Translations under genes and position numbers: made by a program
Notes under the pieces: model-generated
What the model was told of the DNA's origin: nothing
Database searches by the model: none
Seen by the model: only the letters and a program-made list of their open reading frames with translations
Part shown: piece after piece, positions 25,301-38,835 of the stretch
Position numbering within the stretch: the stretch's first letter is position 1
Layout of the letters: every line of letters begins with the position of its first letter
Source: Bilabrum cf. latius
Taxonomy: Eukaryota
Assembly: GCA_965178125.1 (NCBI GenBank)
Contig: OZ237757.1
Coordinates: 372,001-436,000, forward strand
DNA length: 64,000 nt
Reading direction: 5' to 3'

Positions 25301-28300
25301 CGGCAAGCTCCGGTTCTGGGGAAGGCAAGGAAGTTGAGGGCGACAGTGTCTCTACCATGCCCGCTCGCGGTACCGGTCAGCAACCAAATGCACCGTCCGA
25401 TTCCGCGGACCAACATCTGCACGGGTACATGCGTACAAGCAGTGCTGCGGCTGGGACGGGCGGTGAAGAGGAGGGCCCGTGGGATCCAGACCTCTCCAAG
25501 GGCCACCCCTACCTGGTCAACCAGGCCTATGTTCTCTTCCGGCTTAAGAAAGATCCGCAGCAGTTCGACCAGGAGTGGGCAGCGGAGGCCTACCAGAGGT
25601 AGGGCGGGACAGCTGACGCCATCACGGGCTATCGAGGGCTGCTGCCTGGCAATGCTACCGCCATCCCGGCTGAAGTAGCCGAGCGGCTAGGCAAGAAATA
25701 CGCAAAGCAGATCAAGCAGTCAAGTGAGGGAGAATCCGGGGCAGCAGCTGGGGCAGGACCTGCTGCTGCATCTGCAAGTATGGGTAGAACAGATGCACGC
25801 TCCGCTCCGGCAGTTGCTAGCATTGGTGGTGCCATGTCAAATAGCCCTTCGGCCGGCCTTGTCCCATTGTCCCCTATGCGTCCCATGCGCCAAGTTCATG
25901 GCACCGCTACAGCCGTAAATAGCCCAGTCACGGCTTCTCCTGGCATTGCTCGAACTGCTGCTGCTGCTGCTGCCACAGCTAGGACCGAAGGACGCGAGCA
26001 ATCCGTACCAGCTGTGCGCCGGCCGCTTTTGCCACCCAGCTAGCGCCCCGCCCCGGGCAAAGATCCACTTGGTGCCATCGTCGGGCATAAGGATCGAAGA
26101 TAGGCCGCCATGCCGAGATTCGGCTGGCGGTTCGGCAGGACCAGCAGGACGAAAGGGCCGGCGATGGGGGGTCTTCGGTGGTACGACGTACGAGAGCTGC
26201 TGCAGGCCCGGGCAACCGTCCGTCGACTTGGCCCGTTGCTCGAGATGTACGAGTCCGGTAAACGGCCCGCTACCTCAGAAGAGATCACAAAGCTTTAGCC
26301 GCTGAAGTCTGAGACCGCGGGTCAGGCGGCCAAGCTCCAACCAACGACGCCATCAACGGCCGGGCGCGAGAGCTTGCGATCGTCGCACAGCCGAGCCACT
26401 GGTCAGGACAGCCGACCAGACTAGCCTGAAAAGATGGAATAGCTAGCAACCGTCGATCTGCCTGCCTCTGAACAGACAGTTCTGCTGCGCCAGACTAGGG
26501 CCGAGCTGCAGGCTGCCAAAGACAAGGTCGCAGAGCTGGAGCGGAGGGTTGCTGGGCTGCCTGAGCCCGCTTCGCCCGTTCAAAACGACGATGCGGAGGG
26601 CGACGACGAAGATTCAAAGGGGGATCGTTTCATGGCCGCGACCGTGATGGCTGTGGCAAGTGCATAGAGTGGAGACGCCCCCAAATCGAAGGGTTTCGCT
26701 GCTCTTCTTCGAGATGCCATGGTGAATCAAAGGGGTGCAAACGCAGATGAAACCTCCCCTGAAGCCACCTCCGCTGATGTGGATACAGCTGTTGGTGCGA
26801 TTATTGCTGAGCTTGGAGCAAAAGAGTCGGACGCACTAGCGGGCAGTGCCACAACAGGTGCCGGTACCACCTCGTCCCAGCGAGAGCGGGTGTGGGGTGC
26901 TGGTGGGCAGGATGACCACACGCCGGAAGGTCAGCCCACAGATGGCACAGCACCACCAACCTCCTCGAACGAATCATTATGGGCAACAGCCCCGGCGGGA
27001 GCAGATTCACCAGGCCAAAGCAGGACGCCTGGGTCCTCCACCCCGGGAGATGCGAAGTTCTCAGTTGATGCGGCGGCAGCGCACCGGCGTGCTCTCAAAG
27101 CCACAACCAAGGACCATCGCCGCCGCCGCAGCATCACTGCATAGACTCTCCAGCTTGAGGCTGAGGTGGGCACCCCGCAGTTGGGCTCAACCCAAAAGAA
27201 CCACAGCTTTGCTCAAGCTCAGGTGGAGCGATCCCGGTATCATGGGATCTCAGGTGTTAGCGAGCTTCGAGACATCTACCACAAGCAGTCTGCCCATCCA
27301 GCACCGGAAAGGCAACGCCCCAGCACGGCCGACATGGTCAAGGCATCTGACCCTGGGGGTTTGCCAGGGGACTTTTTTGATGACGGCGATGATTTCATCC
27401 AGAACGATGATGGTGAGTCACAGGACGAGGAGCCGCCAAAGCGCCGTGGCAAGTCGATGCAGTCATCAGTGGAGATGCCACAAACTACCCTGCAACGAGT
27501 ACTAGGGGAGGCCCGGGAAGAGTCGGCCGCCGATGGACTGGATGTGGGGATGCCTACGATTCCACCTAAGGCTCCACCGTCAAGGTTAGGTGCATTCATC
27601 GCAGGCACGCAGCCTAATGAGACGCTGAATAGAACGACCAGTACGCTAGGTATGAACGATCTCATCCCTGCTGGGTCAGTAGGCTCTGGAAGATCGAGTG
27701 CAGTGTCGCGAGTGGTGGAAGGCAAGACTCGACAGGCAATATTGCACGCTGCAGATGAGGAATCTAGGAGAGTTGCGGTGCTGCGAGCCAAAACCACGGG
27801 TTTCTCTATGCTGCTGGAGCAAGGTGATTCTGAAGGCGCTCAGCTGCCGAAGCAAGTGACCCCGATGCCAAGGGACTCAGTCTAGCTGAGCACTGGGCTG
27901 TCGGCCTCACGGTCCGCTCTGAATCGGATGCCCTTAGATCCCATCCCCATCCCGATGTACGAGGCCCCTGCATAGTATGAGGACGGCGTTGGCATGCAGA
28001 TCATTCTGCAGCATAACTCCAACGAATTTAAGGAGCTTTAGTCTCCAAGGCATGCATACATCGCGGCATGCGCAGAGGCCGGTGTCCCTCCAGAGTCCAT
28101 CCTGATTCGGCCAGACGACGAACCTGCCCTGCGGCTGAACGGCTTCGGTCTCGGTGACCCGCGTATGGCTGCTCTAGCCAAGGCAGTCCCAGACCTGCCA
28201 AAACTGTATGAAATACACGTGGCTGACAACCGGATGTCCGATACAGTGGCTGGGCTATTCTTGAACGCAGTAGGCAAGCGCAGAACAAAGGACCTCTTTG

Positions 28301-31300
28301 TCTTCGATTTCTCGCAGAACCCTCTCGGCAGCATTGCAGGAGCGGCCTTGCAAGATCTCTTAGAGTCATCGGCGAGCGCACTCACCCTTAAGCAGCTATC
28401 TCTGAAGAAGTGCAAGATGGGTGACGCTGCAGCTGCCAGCATCTTCAACGCCGCCAGCAATTTGAGATCTCTTCGGGTGCTGGAGATGGACGACAACGGG
28501 ATCGGGGTGGAAGCAGGCCTCCCAATCGCCGAGGCTATATCTGCGGGGTGCTCCATCCGATCGCTATCTCTGACGTGGAATGGCCTGGGCACGCGTGGGG
28601 TGAGCCTCATTGCCAATGCGTTGGAGGAGAACTTGACGCCGATGCAGGACCTTGATCTTGGCTTTACCAACTGTGGTACGCCAGGCGCAGAGACAATGGG
28701 TAGAGCTCTGCTCAAGAACACCACGCTTGTGTCGCTTGGACTGACCTCAAACGGCATTACCGCTCATGGAGCCGTTGTGCTTGCTGACGGCATGGCAAAG
28801 AACGCCAGCCTACTTCGGCTGGACATCAGCGAGAATCCCATCGGAAGACTTGGTGCAAGGGCACTGATTTAGCACACCATGGTAGCGCCAGAGCGCCGAG
28901 TGGCCCTTCTGCGCGCCCGTCGCAACGAGGCGCAGTCGATCCGAAAACGGCGCAGCTCCGTGTCAGGGAAGTCGAAGCCAGACGCGAGAAAACACGGCAG
29001 GGCCGCTGGGATCTAGGTGCCTCCAGAGTACGAAACCGACGAGGACGAAGACGTGGATGACGCGAAGCGCGTGTTGGGCAATGTACCTGTTCCCAAGTAT
29101 ATCACGGACTAGCGCTCGGTCACGGATCTGCAAAAGGACCGGGTATTTCGGGACGTTCGCATGCGCAACTGCAGCTTTCAGGACGGCCAGCTGGGCAAAG
29201 GCTTCGACCCGTCGCAGCCGAACGGCGAGCTGGAACTTGACCTGGAGGTTCCCTTTGATCGCACCATCGCGGAAAGGCTTTTACGCCTGGCAGAGGAAAG
29301 CTAGGATGTCAACTTTTCCAAGGTCCTCTACACCCCACCCAGGGTCACAGGGCTCCGGAAGGGCCATTTTGAGTCCGATTGGGAAGACAAGGTGGCAAAA
29401 GAGAGGGGGATGGCGGTGACTTCCGAGGTGGACACGCTGCAGCTCATGCCTGCGGCAGCGAGGGGAGGCCGCAGGGCCTCGCTGAAGGCGGCCTCCATGG
29501 AGGCTGCGATTGCGAAAGCCGCTGCCGACGCAGCCATGCAGGCAGCTGCCGAGCTCGCTGGAACCGCTGACGACCGCGACGGGAGGCCCCCCACATCCAA
29601 CACCGGCAGGCGGGCAGATGCGGCAGCACGGCGTGCCATCGCGGCCAACACGTCGGATGGGGTGCCAAAGGAAAGCAAGAAGGGCGCCAAAGGCAAGATG
29701 TCCGAGGCCAAGAAACGAGAGAAGGAGGCAATTAAGCGTGCGCTAGGGGATGTGATATCCTCAAAGCCGATCAAGCTGTGCGTGCTGCGCGTTCGTCGCA
29801 AGCTGAAACGAAGCGTGGCTCTGTGGAGGGCGCTGAGAAGCAACATGGACGATCTCGTGGACATCACCGCGAGGCACCTGGCTGACGACCCATTGGCGCA
29901 GGCGGGCAGACCACATACGCCCGACGCGAGGTTTCCGATGGAAGGAACGGCCCCTGCTGACGGTCGCGCGCATACAGCAAGTGCTGCGGTGCGGGGAGTC
30001 GATACATCTACTAACCTGGGCGTCCACGCCGACGACAGGGGCGAGATCCTGGAGGCGTGCTTCGCGAAGAAGTCCTCTCAAATGAAGGCCGAGTCAGAGC
30101 CTTCTCGCCCCAAGACCACAGACTCTCCCAGCGGCCAGCGCGGCAGGGGTAAATCACCTTCCAAGTTTGGCGCAAGCGCTGTGCAGGGTAACTCTTCGCC
30201 TGGGAAGAAGGGCACCTCGTCAAGCCGGGGATACAAGCAGTACAATGAGGATGAAGAAGCCATGGAGGGCGATTCAAGCGCGGATGCCAGGAAGTTCTAG
30301 TTGCCCTACGCCGGGACTCTTCGGGTGCGTGTGAGGACAGCTGTGGTGGAGCCGCACAAGCGTCGCCGGGCCGAGGAGGAGGCAGCGAGGGTGCGGATGG
30401 AGAAGCTCCTAGGCGGTGGCCAGGGCGGGGTAGGATCGGGAGGTGGGGCTGGGGCTGCTGCATCCGGAGCAGGTGGAGATGACGATGGCGATGCGATCGA
30501 TGATGAGCTCGCTGCCGTGTCTTCATCCGCTAGCAGGCTGCAGACACTTATTCACGTGCTGAACCGGCCAAAGTCTAGCCTAGACAGGCCCATCACACGT
30601 GGCTCGTAGGTTGGCTCGCGGAGATCAAATCGGTCTGCAGGGGCAAAAACGCCTGGAAAGGATGGAAGAGACTCGGATGAAGCTCAGTACGACGGCAATA
30701 CTGGAGATGCCGTGGAGCGGGCGCAGCGCCGTCTGTCAGCGATTGAAGACGAGAGGATCGACGTGGTTAGAATCGCGCTGCAAGATATTTGGCTGTCCTC
30801 ACAGGAAGCAGCGGCCCTCATGGCCACGCCTGTCATGATGGCTGCTTCAAGAGAGAGCAGAGTGGACGTGTTCACCCGCTTCGTGCAACGTATCGTTGAC
30901 AAGGGATCCGTGCCTGAACTCATGCAGAAGTCGCTGGAGCTGTGGGAGCGGCGCATGGTGCAGGCCAGAGTGGGGCTGCCCGCCATGCGCCTGCTGCTGG
31001 GGTACTCCACAGGACGGTGGAAGCTCGATCTGAGTGAGCCGGACGAGCGCACCATCCTGTAGCGGCTCGCCAACGAGAATCTGGAGCACAGAAAATGGCT
31101 CAGGTCCAGATACCCTGGGCTGGACACATCTTAGTGGGGCAACCAGGAGAGGTTTAGGAATGAGTCCTTAGACGGCCAGCCATTCAAGATGACGGCCGGG
31201 TGGCTGGCGAAGCTGCCCTCATCCGGCATACTGCGATTCGATTTCGTCGGTTGCGTGCGGCCACCAGCGCGTGCCAGGCCCATCAACTCGATCAGATTCG

Positions 31301-33480
31301 CTGGAATGCTCCGCGATGCCCGCATTTTCCAGCTGCGGGAGGCCGTGGAGGCAGCTGAGGCGGTCACGTATGACTTCGACCTGGAGACTATCTACCACCA
31401 GCAGTTGGATGCCAAGGCCGAGAAGCGATGGGGTGTTGATTCAGCGTTTGGCAGCAAGTCTGGCTCGCGATCCAGAGGTGGTGGGAGTAGCAAGAAATCG
31501 TCATCATCATCATCGTCGTCGTCACCGCGCTGGGCCGGCCCACCACCTGGAGCCATCGTGATTCGTCGGGGAGACCGGGTGGTGAACAGGAGCAGCATGT
31601 CGGGCTGTCCATGGCCACCCCGTGGAGCGCGCACCATCCACGATCTTAAAGTCGCACCAACACCGTCTGGGGCGAAGCTTTCCGTGTCCCAGCGGAGCGC
31701 GGCAGGGCTCTCATAGACAGCTGGTGGGCTACTGGGCAGAGTGGCAGGATCCGGGCCCTCGGACGCTCAATCGCTGGAAGACGTTGCGGTGATTCGGTCC
31801 GCGGGTGGCGTACAGATTGGCCTGCGTGCTCCAGGGGAGATAGCCCACGGGTCTGCCGGCCGCAAGCAGGTGCTCACCAGCATGTATCGCAAGATTGAAA
31901 AGCACCTCACGGGGGGAGTGCAGGTGCAAGACCCCGTGCTGAAGAAATTGGCCATTGCAGCAGACGACGGGCAGCTGCTTCCCATCACGCCGTGCCCCGA
32001 GGACGCCATCCCGGAGCAGCTGAAAGCTAGAAAGCCAGCGTCTGTGGGCGGGATCCTACCGTCTGCCCAAGCCAGCACGTTTGAACCCACGAGGCGAGCC
32101 AAGCAGGCCGGCAGCACGATCGTATACACGCCAGCAGTGTGGATCTCAGACCGCGTGCTTCAGCTGCGCGAGCGTCGCCGCATGTTAGGAGCAAAAGCAG
32201 ACATGCAAGCGGAAGCGGACGCGGCAGCAGGAGGCAAGGCGGCCTCAGGAGCCGGCTCTGGCGCGATGTCTTCGGGAGCCAAGGCGTCCTCTGGCCGGGG
32301 CAAGCCAGGGAGCAAGAGCGAGGCATTTAGCGCTGGCGAGGCGTTCCAGCAGCAGATGGTGCAGTCCAGGCTCGATCATCGCGCAGATGCAGGGCCTGGT
32401 TCTGAGAACTGGCATGAGCTCTACGTGCCTCACGCCCTCGATTTTCAGTGGACGACTGAATCGACGATGGACCCGGCAGAGCTTACACTCTTGAAAGCTC
32501 GGCAAAAGGGGAGGAAGGGGGACCAAGGAGGCACCTGGAGGCACGATGACGTCGCATACGATGGGTAGCCAGATCCGGAAGGAGACGAGATTCAATTGTT
32601 CGAAGCACCGCCTCGGTTCTTTAGCGGATGCGCCTCTGCCCCCAACGACATCCCACTGCCTCCGTTTGAGGCCTACGTTGATGTCCGACCGAGAAAGAGG
32701 GGCGACGGCAAGGAGAAAAACGACGATGCGCTTAGCCTTGGGGGCAGGCGCGGCAGGCAGCCCTCAACTGTCTCTGAGTACCCCGACGATGACGAGGAGT
32801 CCGGGCTCGTTGAGGCAGGCAGCACGGAGGAATCCCGCGAAATTCCTCGCATGGCGTATGAGTCCTTCCCGGGCATCTTCATGCCCCAGAGGCTGGAGAT
32901 CCGACCGATGCACCCTGCTGCTGCTCGCGCCCTCAGGATTCAGGCCGGCCTGGTGCTGGTGGATCTTTTAGGGCTGCTGGTGAGGTCCTACTTGTCCTCG
33001 AGGCAGCTGAGCGATCTTGTCAGGCTGCTTCCGCTATCCATGACGGCCCTGCGGATTGAGGTTGTGGTTGCGTTGTTCCCCAAGGTGGTGGACCTGCCGC
33101 AGTTCTACCGTGTGATGTTTGCCCTGTCGGTACAGGAGAGGCGGGAGATCATCCACAGGCTCGGGCTGCTGAACCTATTGGACCCCTTCAACATAGATGG
33201 TGACGTTGAGCTCAATTTCAAGTACTGGGATGAAAGGCAGGTGGGTGGCATGCTTGCAAAGCTGTCTGTGGTGGAGACGAGCAAGAGCTTCCGAGGGCTT
33301 GGAGGAAGAGGCACGCCGGATTTCAACGCGATCCAGGGCTGGAAGCTCCCTTCCTCCTGGCTGGATGAGATGCCGAAAGAGGGCGTGCTCAAGGTGCACT
33401 ACAGCTCGACGGCTCAGGGTGCGGCTTACGATGAGGAGGCCAGAAGGAACCTCTGCAGGCTGGTGCTGACCTACTGCTGA
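22327..33480 (+). CDS. Very large (3717 aa) single-exon protein with an RI-like leucine-rich repeat block (LRRC74/NLRC3-like) and long disordered regions; about 27 in-frame TAG
   Basis: All 14 long track ORFs lie in one frame. The gaps were read by hand and contain TAG only, with no TAA or TGA until 33478-33480. LxxLxLxxNxI repeats lie at about 28100-28870. Confidence 0.87.
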
Positions 33481-33654
33481 TTGGATGTAAATGCGGGGTA
33501 TCTGATATTTTGTGAAATCAAGTCAAAAAGCAGCAAATGCCCTTCCACAAGCCCTCCATGAATTGATATTGTTGCGTGCTACTCCGAATACCAGAAGCCT
33601 ACACACAGGGTCGTTTGGGTTGCACGCCAGAATACTCGCGTCATACAGTCCATT

Positions 33655-36402
33655 ATGAGGGCAGCGGTTGAGCTCTTATCGCTGATTGCAATGAATCTGG
33701 TTGCATTTTCTCAGGGTATGACCATTCCGAACAGTTACGGGTGCACAAACCCTGGGGACTCGAAAAAGTTCACATGGTGCGACGCAACGATCCCACTGCA
33801 AGAGCGAGTGCGCGCCGTCATTGATGCCGTTCCGATCGAAATATGGATGGATCGCATGAATGATGGAAAGCAAAGTGCCTACCCGAATGCATCGCTGGGC
33901 ACTTAGTTCTACGATGGACCAGAAGCGCCGCACGGAATCGGATCGGTCTGTCTCAACATTTCCGGCGAACTCCGATGCCCCACCACCTTTCCGTCCCCCC
34001 CGGCAATGGCTGCATCATTTAATGAAAGTATGTGGTATGCCATGGGCGAGATATCGTCTGTTGAGCAGCGGTCCATCGTGAACCGTGACGGCGTGCGCGA
34101 TCACAACTACGGACCAATGGGCCTTCTTGCCCGAGGACCCGTGCTCAACATCAACAACCGCGACCCTCGGTGGGGCAGGAACCACAACAGTCCATCATCA
34201 GATCCTGTACTGACCGGCTTGTACGGAGCTGCTGTGGTTCGCGGCATGCAGGGAGTGGACGACCCTTCTGTGGATTCGGTCGGGCCAGACGGCGCCATCC
34301 GGCCCGACAAGTACGTGAGGGTGTGGAGCGAGTTGAAGCACGCGTTCGCTTACAACATCGAGACGAACCGTGGCGCTTTTGTAGACAATGCGCGTCCTCA
34401 GGACATGGACCAGCTGTTCCTGCCTCAGTTTGAGTACGCCATCCGAGCCGCCCGTCCTGTCGGGGCCATGGCGGCTTACCCTGCCTACAACCGCACGCTA
34501 CTTCTGGGCGACAAAGGGGGCTCGGGCGGGAATGAGATCGAGGCTTTCTGCGGCTCTGCTCACTTCAGCCAGCTGGTGATGAGGTCATGGGGCTTCGGCA
34601 ACGGCTCCACGGAAGTGCTGGAGGCGGGCTCCGGGGCGGTGGCTGGCTACATTGAGAGCGACTGCAGCTGTCTGGAGAACATTGCCATCGCACACAAACT
34701 GGTCGCTACCAAAGAGGATGCCGCAGCGGTGGCCGTAAATAACGGAAGTGTGGACCTCAACTGCGGGAGTGTGTATGGCGGCGGCGACAGCCCACTTGCC
34801 AAGGCACACTCGGACGGCAAAGTGAGCAACGAGACCATCCGCAGGTCCGCTGGCCGCGTGATGCAGAGTCTGATGCTCGCTGGCGGCATGGACGGAGACC
34901 ACTGGCAGGAGCAGTCCTTCGTGCAGATTCCTCCCGAGGCCATGGGCTCCCCCGAACACGCTGCAGAGAACCTGCGGGCGGCGAGGCAAGGGGTGGTGCT
35001 CCTGGACCGCGGGACTAACGCAGACGGATCTGCCCCGCTGCTGCCGCTGGATGGCACGAAGGCTCCCAGCATCGTGGTGATCGGCCCGTGGGCATAGGAG
35101 CAGGAGGGCATGGTGGGCGACTACTGCGGGTGGGTCTGCGTGAACAACACGTATGGCTGCGTGCCGTCGCTGACTGATTCACTGCAGAAGGTGGCGAAGC
35201 TGGCCAGCTCTGCCGCACCTACCGTACAGCAGTTCGACCCATGCGGAGGTATGGAGTGCAGGTCCATTTCCCAGTCCATCCTGGCCCAGGCCAAGTCCGC
35301 CGCCGCCTCGGCAGATGTGGTGGTGCTGGCCCTCGGGACTACAGTGAAGACCGGAGCGAGGGAAGCCCACGACAAGTCCAACATCACACTTCTTGGTAAG
35401 CAGCCGGAGCTGTCGCAGGCCGTGCTGTAGTTTGGCCGTCCGACAGTTGCGGTGGTGCTGACCGGTGAGGCGCTTTCGCTGGGCAACGCAGGCCTCACCC
35501 CTGTCCCACCTGAGGGTCAGGCGGGTCCCAACCAGCACGCCCTGCTGTATGCAGTGTACCCAGGCATGGTGGGAGGCATTGCAGTCGCAGAGGCTATCTT
35601 CGACGTTGATTCGATGGCTGGTGGTGGGCTGGACCGCCGGAGTGGGGAGCCCCGTTCTGTGCCTAACCTATTCGGTCGGATGCCGTTCGAGCTTTACCCT
35701 GTAGAGTTCATCGAGACTGCTGACATTGCAGATATTGCGTACGACGCCGCGCCTGGTCGAACGTACCGCTTCTATGATGAGTCCCGCGCTGGTGGCGTGC
35801 CACTGGAGGTGACCTTCGGGGCTGGGCGCACGTACGGAGAGCTGTCTCTGGCTGCTGCCTCCGAGGCTTCGGGCAAGAAACCCATGAATGATGCTGCTGC
35901 TGGATCAGTGGTGGATCTAGGATGCGCCAATCAAATGGCAGCGGATGGACTGGCCACTGCACTGTCAGATGCGTCATCGCTGTGGGACGGGGCAGGCAGC
36001 GGCAACGGCTCTGCCACGACCGTGTGGCCGGTGCGTCAGTCGTTCCAGGAGTGGCCGGTGTCGAAGACGCGGGAGGCAGCTGCTGGTGGGCTTGCTGCCA
36101 ATCTGCGAGTATCGAATGACGGGACCAGGGCGGCCGATGCTGTGGTCACGCTGTACGCGGTGCCTGACGCCGGCAAGTGCGGCGTGAGCACCCGGGAGAG
36201 TGCAGACCTGCCGACCCCCAAGGCTTCTTTGCTGGGCTTCCAGAGGGTGACAGTGGGCGGCAGTGGTGACTCGACGATTGTGACTGTGGGTCCCACGCGG
36301 TGGCATGCTGCGTGGATGGCGGAGTACGGGAGGCTGGCAGAGTCTCGGCTGGTGGCCACGCTGGGCGCTGCACCAGGCGCTGACGGGACGGTCCGGCAGT
36401 GA
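33655..36402 (+). CDS. Secreted GH3 glycosidase (beta-xylosidase-like), copy 1; 3 in-frame TAG
   Basis: Signal peptide. Motifs WCDATIPLQERV, TTFP, RDPRWGRN, LKHAFAY, nucleophile YIESDC and GRTYRFY. TAGs at 33904, 35095 and 35428. Ends in TGA. Confidence 0.9.
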
Positions 36403-36692
36403 GCCAGCTCGTCATGTCGTTCGGTTCCAAAATTCGTATGGCTACCAAGGCCCCGAACGAAGAAACGATGCAAGCTTGGGCTGGTGAAGGGCCCTACAAG
36501 ATCTAGGATCGGACTGAAGTGGATCGTAGATCTAATGAGAGTGCATTCCTGATGCTTGCTGATCTACCCACATTCATCGGATATGTTCAACCACCAACCG
36601 GCACAAGTGCAGTGTCTTATCCGGGATCCGCAGATCCGACTCATCACAAAATGACCTGGCGTCCCCACACTACTAGATCTACGGGTAGCCAC

Positions 36693-38807
36693 TTACAGAC
36701 CAAAGCGCTGCTTTCCGAAGCTGGGTCCCCATTCCGTGCTTCCACTTGCAGCGCTGCTGTCACGGCGGTAAAACGCCGGAAACTGGTCCAGTGGAGTGTC
36801 AACCGTCACCACATCTCCTCCCTGGTGAGCGGTGCTGGGGTCATATAGATAGGCCCATTCCTGGCCATCGGGGATGACGGGCAAGTATATGGGCCAGTTG
36901 GAGGCGCCTTGTTTGGTCACCGGGGCGACAACCCAGTCTGGTCCGAACATGAACTGGGATTCCATGGCCGCGGTGGGCTCCGATGCCTTGGGGTCTTCTG
37001 GGAACTGCAGCGCCATGGGCCTCATCATGGGCATACCTGTCTCGCTCGCGGTCTTTGACAGGCTCCTGACGTACTCGCCCAAAGAGTTCCTGACCTGGAT
37101 GAGCCCTGCCAGGATGGGTTCGATCTCCTCCCCGTAGGTCCATATCTCATTGGGGCCGTTGGTGCTGCCGCAGGCATCGGCGGGTGGCCCGCCTGCCCTC
37201 TTGCCGTGAAGCCTCATGAGAGGTGAAAAGAGGCTGTACTGCATCCAGCGCACGATCAGCTGCTGCATCATTGGGTCAGTATTTGGCGGGGCATCTTTGT
37301 ATCCCCCGGTGTCTGTGGTAGAGTACGGAAGTCCTGAGAACGCGACTCCCTGCCCCACCACGACCTGTAGTGCAAGCTCCTCAAAGGTGCTTCGAATATC
37401 GCCCGACCAGCTGGCCACACCGTATCTCTGGGAACCGGTCCAGGCGCTTCGTGTCAGGGCCATAAAATCACCCCTGTTTTGGCCTGACTCAATCAGGCCA
37501 TCGTACACCATTCTGTGGTGCTGCTGCACCCAAGCCTCACCCACTTCTGCGAGAGGCGCTCCAGCTCCTGCCAGGAATCCCGCGGTGTCCTCCGCGTCCG
37601 TATCGTGTTGCGGCTCGTCTGCATCCAGCCAGAACGTCTTAATTCCGTACTTTAAGTAGCCTTCCTTCATCTTGGCAAACACCGCTTCTCGAGCCTCGGC
37701 CGATGTGCTGTCGTAGGTGTAGCTCCCAGCGCTGAATTTCATGCTCTGGTGGGTGCTTCCGTTGAGAATCAGGAACTTCTCTGCGTCAAATTTGTCGAAC
37801 GAGTCGGATGGGTTGGCCACCTCCGGCCACATGCTCACCATGAGCTCGATGCCCATCGAATGGAGCTCGTCCACCATGCCCTGCGGATCGGGCCAGCAAG
37901 ACTCCGTAAAGCGCCAGTCACCCAGTGCGGGCCAGTGGTAATAATCAATCACAATTAGGCTAACTGGAACTTTCCTGTTGAAATATCCCCTTGCGACATC
38001 GAGCAGCTGTGACTGGTTCCTGTATCTGTTCTTGCACTGAATGAAGCCCGTCGCGTAGTCTGGGAGCACGGGGGCGCGGCCAGTGGCGAGGGAGAAGCGA
38101 TGTAGGAGTTCTCCGTATGGTACAGGCAAGCCGCTCGATCCGGAGTCTGCAGGAGTTGTTGCTACCCACATGTCGATTTGGTGGGTGCCGTTGCTGAACC
38201 AGGTCTGGTGGCCTGCATCTGTGATGTTCACAGATCCGAACGAAGCCATGTTCCAAAGAAATGCATAGCCCTCACTTGACATCAACATAGGAATCATGGC
38301 CTGTCCTCCGTATGAGATTGGATACTGCTGATCCTTTCGAAACTCTGAGTAGAACGGAAGCCTGTTCAGTTGTTGCTGCCGTTGCTCGCCGAACCCGTAG
38401 ATTACCTCGTCGCTTCCATGGCCAGCAAATTGAACCCTTGCACTAAATGCTCCTGGAGAAGCGGCAGGGTACCCATCAGGGGGCCCAGTCACGACAGCGG
38501 ACTGTTGCATCAGGATCTTTCCGTCGCTGACTCTTGTGGCCGTAAATAGATTGTTCCGATCAACCGCTACGTGGAGGTTTCCGACTGTGATCGAAGAATT
38601 ATTCTATTGGACTGCAACACTCGGCGCCCCGTAGTACTTGGATTGCTCTGGTCCGGTTGTGAGGAGCCCTTGCAGTTCTGGATTGATGATCTCAGGCCCC
38701 ATTCGGATTCTCACGGCATCGGGACCAAAGGGGTCAAGCCTAAACTATATTCTACCATATGCCTACAAACAAGGAACGATAGCAAGTCCAAATAGGGCAG
38801 CAAGCAT
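36693..38807 (-). CDS. Secreted GH31 alpha-glycosidase (alpha-xylosidase-like); 3 in-frame TAG near the N-terminus
   Basis: Reading through TAG extends the 605-aa track ORF to the signal peptide MLAALFGLAIVPCL. Motifs IQCKNRY, IVIDYYHW, WLDADEP, WSGDI and MRLHG. Ends in TAA. Confidence 0.92.
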
Positions 38808-38835
38808 GGAACTGCGAAAAAAATGAAACATCGTT

